This document shows positions 26,110 through 38,427 of a DNA stretch of 64,000 nucleotides, piece by piece. Source of the DNA: Rhynchobatus australiae. Lineage: Eukaryota. The stretch is taken from assembly GCA_034780895.1 (NCBI GenBank), contig JAUZTB010000002.1, positions 86,032,035 to 86,096,034 on the forward strand, given 5' to 3'. A model generated the notes under the pieces. The model made no database searches. It saw only the letters and a program-made list of their open reading frames with translations, and was not told the DNA's origin. Positions within the stretch are counted from its first letter, which is position 1; every line of letters begins with the position of its first letter. Made by a program: the position numbers and the translations under genes.

Positions 26110-28180
26110 CTGTAAAGAAAGGCACCAATCAAAAATGATTTTAGCTAACATGTAAATACAATGACCTGATGTCAAATCAGTATGAATAAAATAATTAATC
26201 ACATTACATGAGCAGGTAGAAGTTCGACTCCCATCGGTCATAATAATGAGATCCATTTCCAATTTTGTTATGAAACCTTCCACTTACTGTATTATGATAA
26301 ACTTATCTAATGGATCAGGACCTAACCCATAGGTTTACCTTGATTGCTCAACACAGTTGAAGCACAAATTGAGATGGTATAGGTATTTGGAGTTTTGAAA
26401 GTATGCAAGTGAAGAAATATAAAAATAAACTGTGGATGCTGGAAATATGTATTGAAACAGAAAATGTTGGAAATGTTCAGAAGGTCAGGTTGTACAGGTG
26501 AAAGCAGATTTAATATTTTCAATAATATTTCATAATATAAGAGAAAAATATATTGTCTAGCAAAATGTTAGTCATTGATGTCCATGCACACTGGAGTCCT
26601 ATTTTTCAGTGTGCAATCTTAAATGAATTATTATCAAACAAATTGAAAGTTTTAACCCATCTTAAATTAATTAAGCAGTCAGAGTCACATATGGAATTCA
26701 CTTTCAGAGATGTACAAATTCAAACAAAATCATGTAACACTGTTATTATGATGGGTCTAAATCAATCAAAGTTAAGATTTAACAAAACTTCTTTCTATAA
26801 ACTTCATGAATGAAATGTATCTGTTTGCATGGATACATATTTACCCTTCCTTTAGATTTATTGTGCATTTGGCTTGGTATCATTGCTGTGGAGATACCAA
26901 CAGTTTTTGAGTCACAGAGATGTAGTTATATCGCACAGAAGCAGCCCCTCCGGCCCAGCTCATCCATGTTGACAGTGTTGCCTATCACAGCTAGTCCCAT
27001 TTACCTGCGTTTGGCCAATATCCAGCTAAACCCTTCCTATCCTTGTCCAAATGCCTTTTAAACCTTGTAACTGTACCCACCTCCACCACATTGTCCATAT
27101 ACCTGCCACCCTCTATCCCAGTGACATCCTTGTGAATCTTTTTTGCACCCTTTCCAACTTAATGACGTCTTTTCTATAGCCAGGTGATCAGAACTGTATT
27201 AATTGGCATTAGGCTATTAGTAGAAATTCTCCACCTATTCCCTCATCTTCTCCAGTGGACATCTATCCCTCTTGCCAAAACAAGAAGTGTTAATCAAACT
27301 ATGACTTTTCCAAGGCAACCAAAACAGTAGAGCAAAGGCCACAAATCTAGTTCTTCTTGTGATTCAGAATCTACTTCGGCCTTGATAACAAACTTATGAA
27401 TCTTGCACTGCTTGCTAAACTTAGAATCAGCCCAATTCTTTTTTAGACCTCAACTGTAAAATTCTACTTCATAATGCAACAAACCTTACATATGAATTAA
27501 GTTATTCACATTACGCTCAGCCTGTGACTTCTCCAAATTACAACAATATTTTCTGCTACAGGTTATCAGAACTCAGCAATGTTGTGATGGGATCCCAATG
27601 GATAATATCTTTCTTCCTAATGTTCACTGAACTACTTTGCAATCACAATTTTTTGATTTTTAATTCAATTCCCAGCATTAAGCATTCCATTTCTTCTTGT
27701 TTTCTTTACAACTTCTGAATGAAGAACTTCAAAACTAACCTGGCGATTCCCTTTGTAATTTTGGAAAACTTAAATTGATTTTTTTTTCTTTTTGAGGCAA
27801 AAATGTACTACCATTCATTCATTCATTATGCTGTGGTTAAAAGTGGCTGGGGACTTATATAATAGACTAAATGCAGGAAATTTAAAAGATCCAGATGAAG
27901 AAAGGGTTTATGCAGTTAATGTTACCAATTAGTGATTGAGGTAAAAATCGTGCCAACATTCAAAGGTTAAAAAGGTGCTTCAAAAAATTGGGGAATAAAA
28001 GAAACAGGAAAACATAACAGGAGATTAGGTATGCAATTCACGTTGAGCATCTGAAAGGAATCACTGTTTGACTGACTTTCTTCAGAAAGAATAATTTAAT
28101 TATGTGATCTATGAAAAACAGGGAAAAGCACATCCATTCCTATGATGAAATGTTATTTCAATCAATAATAATTTTCTTAC

Positions 28181-28340
28181 TCTGATTCTGTAACTCCTCG
28201 ACACATCCATATTTTCTCTTGAACAAAACCGCTATCCCTGCCTCCATGTTACAATCTTCACTGATGCAATGTGCCAGTGCATCCTTCTCTGGGCATGAGA
28301 ACAGATCACCTTGCACATAACAGATTTTAAAGTTCTGTAG
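28181..28340 (-). CDS. OARD1: OARD1 coding exon 2
   Basis: Splice sites ttttcattggcag / gtaaga; 160 nt. Reads [53 protein letters not shown]. An alternative in-frame acceptor lies 6 nt inside. Confidence 0.95.
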
Positions 28341-28537
28341 CTGCCAATGAAAAGACATTGTTAGATGTTTAGAGTACTTGAAAGAGTTTCTGCTTAATGT
28401 CATTTTCATATGATTACTTTTAGACTGAGGCAACGCTNNNNNNNNNNNNNNNNNNNNNNNNNNNNNNNNNNNNNNNNNNNNNNNNNNNNNNNNNNNNNNN
28501 NNNNNNNNNNNNNNNNNNNNNNNNNNNNNNNNNNNNN

Positions 28538-28650
28538 TCCTGCCTTATCTAGTCGACAGTTCCCGCATTGGCCTCATCAGTCACCTTAGAGACCATGGAA
28601 ACAGAGAGGAAGCAAGTCAGCCTAAATTCTAAGACTACCTAAGAAAAAAG
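28538..28650 (+). mobile_element. RTE LINE 3' end
   Basis: RIGLISHLRDH motif followed by a short 3' UTR and tail. Confidence 0.55.
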
Positions 28651-29219
28651 AATTAAGAGAACTTGTCAGTACTTCCTTTCTTGTTCACAGTCCAGCCTCA
28701 AATGCACAACAACTGGCAACAAAGTTTGTCTGTTCCTAATGCAAGTTGGCACCAGTGGGAAATGTTGCAATACTAAGTGATCTCTCCTCCTTTGATGTCA
28801 TCAGAAGGTCTGAGAAAATTCTATGAATATGAGGCAAAACCAGCAGAAATAGAGAAAGGCTTTTCTGATCACTAATTTTAGTCCATATATCAATTTACTA
28901 ACACCTACTAATTATGAAACCATTTTTTTGGACACATGGACATTGTATCTGGCAGCTGCAGATACTTAGGAGAACATATTAACAAAAGAACAACACTTGA
29001 AAGCTTCTTCGTTCAAATCCTCTAATAAATCAGTTTTAGAATAGTATGTTCCTTCTTTACTGTGTTTTTTTTATACATTTCAATTCAAATTGCTGCTTTT
29101 TTTTAAAGCTCAAAATGATTTAGAACGATCAGGGGTAAGCAGTTACTGGCTTTCACAGAGGAGGCACAGAACAGGAAGACAGATCATGCAGTGGATTGGT
29201 CAGTGGGATCCATACTTAC

Positions 29220-29255
29220 ATTGCCCTCCAGTGGCTTGTCTGCAGAACTAGCCAT
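29220..29255 (-). CDS. OARD1: OARD1 first coding exon (whole exon 29220-29290)
   Basis: Start AAAATGG, translation MASSADKPLEGN (human MASSLNEDPEGS), donor gtaagt, acceptor tttgctttttag at 29291-29292. Confidence 0.9.
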
Positions 29256-29344
29256 TTTTTCCCCTTTTCTTTCTGTTTGTCTGTTCTTCACTAAAAAGCA
29301 AAGTAAATATTTTGTTAACTGATTTATTAATTGTTATATCTCTG

Positions 29345-29690
29345 TCGGCATCCTCAACTTCAGTCAGAAGGCTGTGAGGTTCAAGCAATATGCAGGAGAC
29401 TTGAGCTTAACATCTAGACTGGTACTTCAGTGTTGTACTGAGGCTGTTGTACACTAAGAGGAATTCTTCAGCTAAAATTTAGAGTTAGGGTTAGGGTCCA
29501 TTTAGAGTTAGGGTCCATTCAGAGTTAGGGTTGAAAGTCCATTCATTGGGTGGATGGGTTTATTTTGAAGACAACTAAGGGGATTCTATTCTTGTTGTGG
29601 CTTTACCCCTCAACCAGTATAACAAAAGAGAAATCTGGTCATTATCAGGTTAGTGTTTGAGGGATCTTTCTGTATGCATTTGCTACTTTG
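29345..29690 (+). mobile_element. Deu-domain SINE (SacSINE1-like), degenerate
   Basis: Contains AGTCAGAAGG..GGTTCAAG..GAGACTTGAGC and CCCTCAACCA..ATCTGGTCATTATCA..GGGATCTT. Confidence 0.6.
29479..29532 (+). repeat. Short telomere-like tandem array
   Basis: Four TTAGGG units within a ~17-bp period TTAGAGTTAGGGTCCAT. Confidence 0.75.
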
Positions 29691-31730
29691 ATTATCAAGT
29701 TCTTTCTGACATCCGGAAAGCCTGTACAACTAGTTCTGACTCCTCCTCATCCTCCAAGGAAGAAAATTATAGCTTTGCAGATAAAATTTTACATTGTTTA
29801 ACCTGATCTTCCATTTTCCCTTTGTAAAGAGAAAAGGAAGGAAATTGTATCTGTTTCAAACACTGACTATGAAAACTTCTGCATAGAGTTACCTCATTAG
29901 ACTGCTATTCTGTAGAACATCAGTACATGAAACCTCAAAACATCCATTTTGGCTCTCTAATATTTGGGCACTTTTGATATATGAAATAAACAATTCTAAA
30001 CAACATATTTATTGCAAGATGCCTATCAGATCAACTGTGACTTTTAAAATCCTTCATCTAAACACTTCCCACTTTTGTGCTTATGTGTCACTGACTTGAA
30101 CATTAATTTCTCCTGCATCCAAAATGAGATGTTATAAAGCATTCAAAAGACTTGTAAAGGGTTAGTTAAAAATGTTAAAGAGAAATGATCCAAGATTACA
30201 TTACAGGCATGCATAAATGATGTAGCAATGACAAATTGTTATATTGCCACGGTTCTAATTTTATCACCATAGGATGGCCATGACATTGCATGAAAATGTT
30301 TTCAATACAATCCATACACTAAATCTACATGAATTTTAAAAATTCCTCAGCTACTAACAGTGTCAAATTTATTTTCTTCCCAATTCAGTCTTTTAAATAT
30401 TGCTTAAATTGCTTAAGTATATTGTTTACCTTGCAATGCTGTTTCTGAACAGCAAGCAGCACTGTTGCTTCTACCACCTTCATCTCCCAGCTGAGTCAGT
30501 CTGCTTTGAACAGCACTTTAATAATATCACTGCCATCTATCCTTGCCCTGTCCTGTATTTTCAGCAACTGGGTCTCCATCTACAATTTTCCTTATAGTCC
30601 TTCTATTCAATCCTTAAAGTTCTTCATCATACCCTTCATTCTCAATACAACCAGTACAAGACTCCAAAAGGAAATACAATGATTGCATAGGTCTGAGAAC
30701 ATGAAGCCACAAATAATCACTTCCACAGTAAGGCTGTTCATTGGGGATGATCCTCTGTTAAATCTTCAAACAATCTCATAAGCATATTTCCCATATTTCA
30801 TATGCCCTTTCACATCCTGGTTTCATCACATCATGTGTCATTTTCTGATTAAGCATAAACTGATTAATAAGACTCCTCCCTTTACAGCAGTTGGACTATG
30901 CAGCTTGTTAATTGTCTATTAGAATATCAAACAATCTCCCTTTTCTGCTCTGTTTTTTAGTCCAGCAATTTCTTTAAGTTCCATTTTACAGCAGGAATTC
31001 TTGCAGTTAAGGCACTACAATACCCAATCAGAAAACCTACAGCAACGTGGGAGGAAACTCAGCATTGGATCAAGTTTTTTTTATTTGTTCATCTGTTGCA
31101 GGCAAGGCTGGCATTTATTGAATATCTCTAATTACCCACGAACTGAGAAAGCTGTTAAGATGCATCCGGAATCATATTCTGGCCAGACCAGACAAAGACA
31201 GCAGATTTCTTTTCCCAGATTTTTGTTATAATCAAGGAGCTTGTAATTAAATAAAAATACTAGTCTCAGTACAAGTTTTTAATTTAAATTCCCCAGCTGC
31301 CATGGTGAGATTCACAACTGTCTCTGGATCAAGAGCTCAGAACTATGACTGCTAGTGCAGCAACTTAACCATTATTTTACTGTTACACATCTAGGTGTGG
31401 AACTGCATAATTAAAAGGTAATGAAGGACAAGAATAAACAGCCCATTTTACAGAAGAAAATTAACTACATGAAAAATAAGAAGCAAGGAAAAGGATTTTG
31501 GACAAGAAAAATAGTGACAAAAACTCAAAATCTTTCTTCACTCAACATTACAAGCAATGCTAAGGGAAATTCACTAAATATGATCTGTACTACCAAAGCT
31601 AAAGGTGAAATTAAAGAACTGTAAAGCTAAGGGTGGAATTAGGGAAATACTTGTCCATGGCAACTGAATTACCAGGAAGGCCACAAAACACATGATAACT
31701 CAGAAAATCTTCACAATCAGCAACTTTGCA

Positions 31731-31799
31731 GCCAGCTTAGCTTTCAGTATGCATATTTTATCATAATTTATCAACATGCATACTGAAAGCTAAGCTGGC
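31731..31799. repeat. Perfect 24-bp inverted repeat with 21-nt loop
   Basis: GCCAGCTTAGCTTTCAGTATGCAT (31731-31754) is the exact reverse complement of 31776-31799. Confidence 0.9.
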
Positions 31800-33109
31800 A
31801 AATACTTTGTTTTTACTGCTGATTGTTACTGAAACATTCATTCTCATCACTGCGTAGAAAAATGCAGAAAGCCTTGAATCACATTGGTTGTCAGGGAGTT
31901 GCTGGGAAGTCCGAATGACACTGGGCAACATTATACAAAGAGCAGGGAGCATTGCAGTGTATCTGAAGCTTGGTGGACAGCTGCAACAATCATAGAAGTT
32001 TAAACCACTCCTTAATGAGTACCATTAATAGAAAAGTCAGCAGCCATTCATAGCAACCACAAGAGGCTGGATAGCTTTTGAATGAATACCCCTTGCTGCT
32101 AAAAAAGAGGCAAGCAACAAGAAGGAGAACACAAATAGCAATGTATTAAAAAAGCACAATGAACTCTTCCCCAAGAGTGTGGGAACAATTCCACATTCCC
32201 ATTAGAAGGAAAAGCACAACTGCAGCCTTAGAAACGTAGCACAGACAAGATATTAGTATGATGACACTGTACAGGGAATGCTAAGACATGTTTAAAATCC
32301 ATACACAACAGTAACTACAGTGCAAAATCTTTTAGTGGTTGTGAAATTCCTTAAGCTGCCTTATGGTTTTGAGCATATAAATGCAAGTTTGCCCTTTTGC
32401 AAGTTTAATCTGTTGCTCAGTAACATTATTAGGGATGGTAATGTTTCTCCTTTGGCCTGTCTGCACCAGTGTCTGACTTAAGAACATGAACAGCAAATCA
32501 GGGACTAGATTTCTGACAATTCTAGTCTGAATATATACAGAAGAAACTGAATTGAATAATTAGGTTGGCTCTGCATTTTTAATTTTCCCCTCATAAGTTT
32601 TTTTTTCAATTAACCATCCTGTTCTCTAGATATTTTTTGGTTTCTTTGCATAGGACTGTCATCATAGGTCCTTTTGTCTTCTGTGTTCACACATCTGGCT
32701 ATCCAGAATACTTTCATAACAGACCCAAGAGTACAACAGCAACACTCTTCCAGTTTACTTCAGTTTTTAGCTCTACACTCACTTCAGACTGATCCCCTTT
32801 TGTGGAAACAGCAAAATAAGTTTCAAACCAGACCTGGTTTTAGTCTGACAAACAACAAAAAAAAACTTATTGATCACTTGACCACTAGTTTCCATAATTT
32901 CAATTTGCTCTATTAATCCTTCATTATCAATGAGAAAATCTATTACTGCTTTATCCCATCTGTTTTTTTCACATTTATTAAGATGTGAAGGTTGACAGTG
33001 CACTGGTTTTGAAGCACAACAAACAGCTATTTATGCCATAGATTTAAGCATTCTTTCATGTTATATCCTCCTGATGCAAGACAAACTTTCTTTGCTTTTG
33101 AAAATCAAT

Positions 33110-33260
33110 GTAACTACAGCTACTGGAAATCTGAAATAAAAGCAGAAAAAATAGTAAAGCTCAATGGGTCAGGCAGCATCTGTGGAAAGAGAAACAGTTA
33201 ACATTTCAGGTTGAAGACCCTTCATCAGTTCTGTTCAGCTTTTCCAGCATTTTCCAATTT
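33110..33260 (-). mobile_element. Penelope-derived repeat with intact CUGAUGA..GAAA core
   Basis: Minus strand 33233-33195 reads CAGAA-CTGATGA-AGGGTCTTCAACCT-GAAAT-GTT-AACTG. Confidence 0.55.
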
Positions 33261-33335
33261 TACTTCATGTGTTTTGCTTGTGCTGGTTCACAACATGTTC
33301 CTACTAAATCATTCCCCATCTTGACCATTCATCTG

Positions 33336-35800
33336 TTCTGGACACCCCATTATAGGAAGGATGTGGAAGCTTTAGAGAGGGTGCAGAGGAGATTTACCAG
33401 GGTGCTGCCTGGATTGGAGAACATGTCTTATGAGGTTAGGTTGAGTGAGCTAGGGATTTTCCCTTTGGAGAGAAGGAGGATGAGACGTGACTTGATAGAG
33501 GTGTACAAGATGATAATAGGCATAGATCGAGTGGACAGTCAGNNNNNNNNNNNNNNNNNNNNNNNNNNNNNNNNNNNNNNNNNNNNNNNNNNNNNNNNNN
33601 NNNNNNNNNNNNNNNNNNNNNNNNNNNNNNNNNNNNNNNNNNNNNNNNNNNNNNNNNNNNNNNNNNNNNNNNNNNNNNNNNNNNNNNNNNNNNNNNNNNN
33701 NNNNNNNNNNNNNNNNNNNNNNNNNNNNNNNNNNNNNNNNNNNNNNNNNNNNNNNNNNNNNNNNNNNNNNNNNNNNNNNNNNNNNNNNNNNNNNNNNAGA
33801 GCAGGATAAAATGTCAGCACAACATTGTGGGCTGAAGGGCCTGTACTGTGCTGTAGTGTTCTATGTTCTATCTTCCAATCCAGTTAAAGTGTGGTTCATT
33901 CTCTCTGCTTCACTAGTTACAACTCCTCCATGTTATCAGAGTCATAGTTATACAGCACAGAAACAGGCCCTTCAGCCCAACTAGTCCGTGCTGACCAAGA
34001 TTACTATCTGAGTTAGTCCCACTTGCCTTTGTTTGGCCTATATCCCTTTAGGCCTTTTCTATCTATGTATCTGTTCAAATGTCTTTTAAACATTGTTATC
34101 AGACCCACTTCTATAGCTTCTTCTGGCAGCTTGTTCCATATACCCACCACCCTCTGTAAAATTTGCCCCTCAGGTCCTTTTTAAATCTTTCTCCTCTCAC
34201 TTAAATCTATGCCCTCTAGTTTAAGACTCATGTACCCTGGGAAAAAGACTGTGGCCATTCACCTTATCTATGCCCCTCATGATTTTATACAAGGTCACTC
34301 CTCAACCTCTTTGGCTCCAGGGATAAAAGTCCCAGCCTATCCAGCCTCTCCTTACAACTCAAGCTGACCAGTCCTAGTAACGTCCTCGTTAATATTTTCT
34401 GCACCCTTTCCGGCTTAATGACATCCTTCCTATAGCTGAGCAACCAGAACTGCACACAATACTCCAAGTGTGGTCTCACCAATGACTTGTACGGTTGTAA
34501 CATTACATTCCATCTATTGCACAGTGTCCTGATTAATGAAGGCAAGCGTCCTGAATACCTCCTTCATCAGTCTGTCTATCTGTGTTGCCACTTTCAGAGA
34601 TCTATGTACCTGTGTCCCTAGGTCTCACTGTTCCACAACACTGGAGGGGGGCCTACCATTTACTGTGCAAGTCCTGCCCTAGTTTTACTGACCAAAATGC
34701 AACACCTCGCATCTGTCCTGTCAACCAGGATGAGCATACCTCCTCAGGTCAGTGATTTGTTCCAAAGCTACAGTGTTTCCTCTTCCCACCACATCCACAG
34801 TAAAACAACAATTTTAATTTCTTCCTCCAGCACCAGATACTGTATCACTCATTGGCCTGACCCCAGCAGGTGCTGAACGTGACGTGACACATAATGCTGC
34901 AATTACTAACTTGAGGGATAAATTCTACACCCACTCACCATCTTAACTCTCTAATGAACAAAAACATCTCTTTTCTTGCCTGTCCTGAGATCTTGTCAGC
35001 CCACTTAATTAAGTACCCAAGCCTCACAAGAACATTGGAGAAAAGAGCAAAATCAGCCCCTCAAGCCTCCTCCTTTCTCCAATGTTCTTATGAAACAAGA
35101 TCAAGGCACAACACCAATTTCCTACCCTATTCTCATATCCATAAGACCATAAGACATAGGAGCAGAATTAGGCCATTTGGCCCTTTGAGTGTGCTCCGCC
35201 ATTTGATCATGGCTGATTTATAATTCCCTCTCAACCCTATTCTCCTGCCTTATCCACTTAACTTTTAACACCCTTACCAATCAAGAACTTATCAACCTCT
35301 GCTTTAAATATATCCAATGACTTGTCCTCCACAGATGTCTGAGGCAATGAATTCCACAGATTCACCACCCTCTGGCTGAAGAAATTCCTCCTCATCTCTA
35401 TTCTATGGATATCCTTCTATTCTGAGGCTGTGCCCTCTGGTCCTAGACTCTCCCACTACTGGAAACATCCTCTCCACATCCACTATCCAGGTCTTTGAAT
35501 ATTCAGTAGGTTTCAACGAGATCCCCCCTCATCCTTCTAAACTCCAGCAAGTACAGGCCCAAAGCCAAATGCTCGTCATAGGTTAACCATTTCATTCCTA
35601 GGATCATTCTTGTAAACTTCCTCTGGACCCTCTCCAATGCCAGCATAACCTTCCTTCAATATGGGGTCCAAAACTGCTCACAATACTCCAAATGTGGTCT
35701 GACTAACACCTTATAAAGCCTCAGCATTACATCCTTGTTTTTACATTTAGTCCTCTTGAAATGAATGCTACCATTGCATTTGCCTTTCTTTCGACCGACC
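33336..35800. mobile_element. Cluster of CR1 3' fragments (33336-33870 plus; 33940-34720 minus; 35140-35800 minus)
   Basis: Peptides WTPHYRKDVEALERVQRRFTRVLPGL and [14 protein letters not shown], plus CR1 tails. Confidence 0.8.
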
Positions 35801-38427
35801 CCATGATTTCTCTAATTTCCAAAAGCCTATCCATCTATTTTCTTTTACCAAGGCATATTATTGTAGCTATTATTTGATCTTGCTGATTTTGCCCTAGAGT
35901 AGTCATTATTAATTAATGAGAAAAGTAAATAAAGAAAAGATTTCAAGGATGCTGTTGGGTGCACCTCATATTAACAGAATCAGCTCCAACTTCTCAGCAA
36001 GTATATAGTCAAACACCATTTACAACATTAGGTCTATTGAAGACTTAGTACAGAGCAGGCCAGACCAAAATACAAGTTCTGTGTAATAAAATCTGATAAA
36101 CTACAACTATCGCAAAAAACAAACATGGTCACGAAACTAATCTTTGGAGCTTTAAATAACTTTCATATTTTGTTTGCTGGAAATGTACCATCCTTTCACA
36201 ATCTGACATTCTACACTAAAATAAAATCACAAATTTAACAGCAGCAAGATTAAGCTTGAGGGATAATCTAATTTTACTCTGTTTAAATATGTGGATGTCT
36301 GTTATCAGGCTTCTGCTACATGACTGGCTCTTGGCTGACACATAAATATACAACCAAGGGTAAATCCTTGGCAGTCAGAGAAAACCATCAATATAGAAAA
36401 TAAATGTGTTGCCTTTCCATTAATAATTTACTGAAAGGAACAGTTGACTTCCTCTACAATGCTTTAAACTCCTAGTTAGAAGAATTAGCAAGGTTGCCAA
36501 AAGCACAGATTAACAAACTCAGTTGCCAAGAATTCTGTGAATGGTTTCACAAGACAATCAAGATTAGGAAGCAATGAAAGATTTAGAGAGAAAAAAAAAA
36601 TCAAACATAAAGCCCAAAAAAAGTTCATGCATTTTTGAATCAGTAATTCCAGCTTGAAACAAAGCAACAAAACTATTAGCCTTCCTAAGATTCGAAAGTA
36701 ATTTTCAGAGTTAAAACTAGTGGACAATAACTTGTTAAAATTATCGGATCTATCCCGCTGTCATAGGACTCTTGAACAGACCTCGTGCTTTGAAGATGAA
36801 ATCTTGACCTCACAATCTACCTCATCATGGCCCTTGCACCTTATTGTCAACCTGCACAGCACTTTCTCTATAGCTGTAACCATAACACTATGCTCTGCAT
36901 TCTGTTACTGCTTTTCTATTGTACTAGCTCCAAGTACTTATGTTTTTGAAATGATCTGTATGGATGGCTTGCAAAATGAAGTTATTTTTCCACTGTATCT
37001 CAGTATGTGACAATAATAAACCAATTACCAGTAAGATTGTGTATTGAACATTTGTGTAATTTAAATAGAATCAGGTAGACAGCTACCACAAGTTAGGAAA
37101 CATAAGGGACTGCAGATGCTGGAATATGGAGCAACAAACAAGATGCTGGAGGAACTCAGTGGGTCAGGCAGCATCTGTGGAGGGAAATGAACAGTCATTT
37201 CGGGTTGAGACCTTCATCTAGACTGCAGTCAATATTGCGTACAAACAGCAGACAAACAAACAATTAGTTCATTTTTTTCCTTTTAAATACTTTGAGTTGC
37301 TTCTGATGGTCATAACTACATTCTCTAGGCAGTTCATTCCAGATTCTAACCACTCACTGCATAAGAAAAGCTTTTCCGCAAATCCCGTTTAGTCCTCTTA
37401 CCAATCACTTCCATTCCACACACCTTCTCCGAGGATGCAGTCTGACCTGCTGAGTATTTTGTTTTAGTCCTATTTAACCAGACCACATCTGTTCTTATCC
37501 CATTTTAAGCTCCTCTAATTAACTGTTTTTACCTCAGTGGTCCTTATCTTTTACCATATAACTTTTCTAAACCCTAATCTGTTTTCTGTTTTTGTTGGCA
37601 TAGTGGATGGAGTAACAAGGACTAGGACAGTGCAAAATAGTCAGATGGAATCTTTAATATCCACACAGATATTTATTCAAAAAACAGTCCATTTAACAAT
37701 GCAAAAATACTCAGTACAACACTGTACTCAAACTTTGATTCAGTTGAGTACTACCAATTGAATTCTGTTGGCACTTGGAGCATAGCTTGGACTCAAGGCA
37801 GTTAAAAAATATCTTTCCTGACAGAATTTAATAACTACTACATTTTGCATATAGTTAGCATTACATAACCTTACAACTGACCAGTCGTTTATAAAAGAGA
37901 CTAGGCTTCCATTTCCAAGAATAATACAAAGAGCTTCACAAGCAAACAAATGTTTCGGCATTATAATCATTGTTATACATCTAGGGAAATTAATCCAGCA
38001 GTTAAGTCCGAGCAAAGTCCCAGAAACAGCTACATGATTTTTGTTTCCTTATGTGATCAGGATTAAATGATAGCTATAAAACTAAGAGAACTCAACTGAA
38101 TTGCGTAATTTTACATCCACCCAAAAAAGGCCGAGGACACCTTGCTCCTCAAACAAGGCGTTTACCACACAAGGGAATTCTGATTGATGACAAGCCACAT
38201 GAAAAAAAGTGTTGCAAGGAATACTAAGTGTTAAGCAGTTTATAACTTTAAGGTTCTTGAAACCGCCTTGAGGATTTCATAAGGCAGAGGAAGTCATGGG
38301 GTGCAGCGGGGGGGGGGGGGGGGGGGGNNNNNNNNNNNNNNNNNNNNNNNNNNNNNNNNNNNNNNNNNNNNNNNNNNNNNNNNNNNNNNNNNNNNNNNNN
38401 NNNNNNNNNNNNNNNNNNNNNNNNNNN

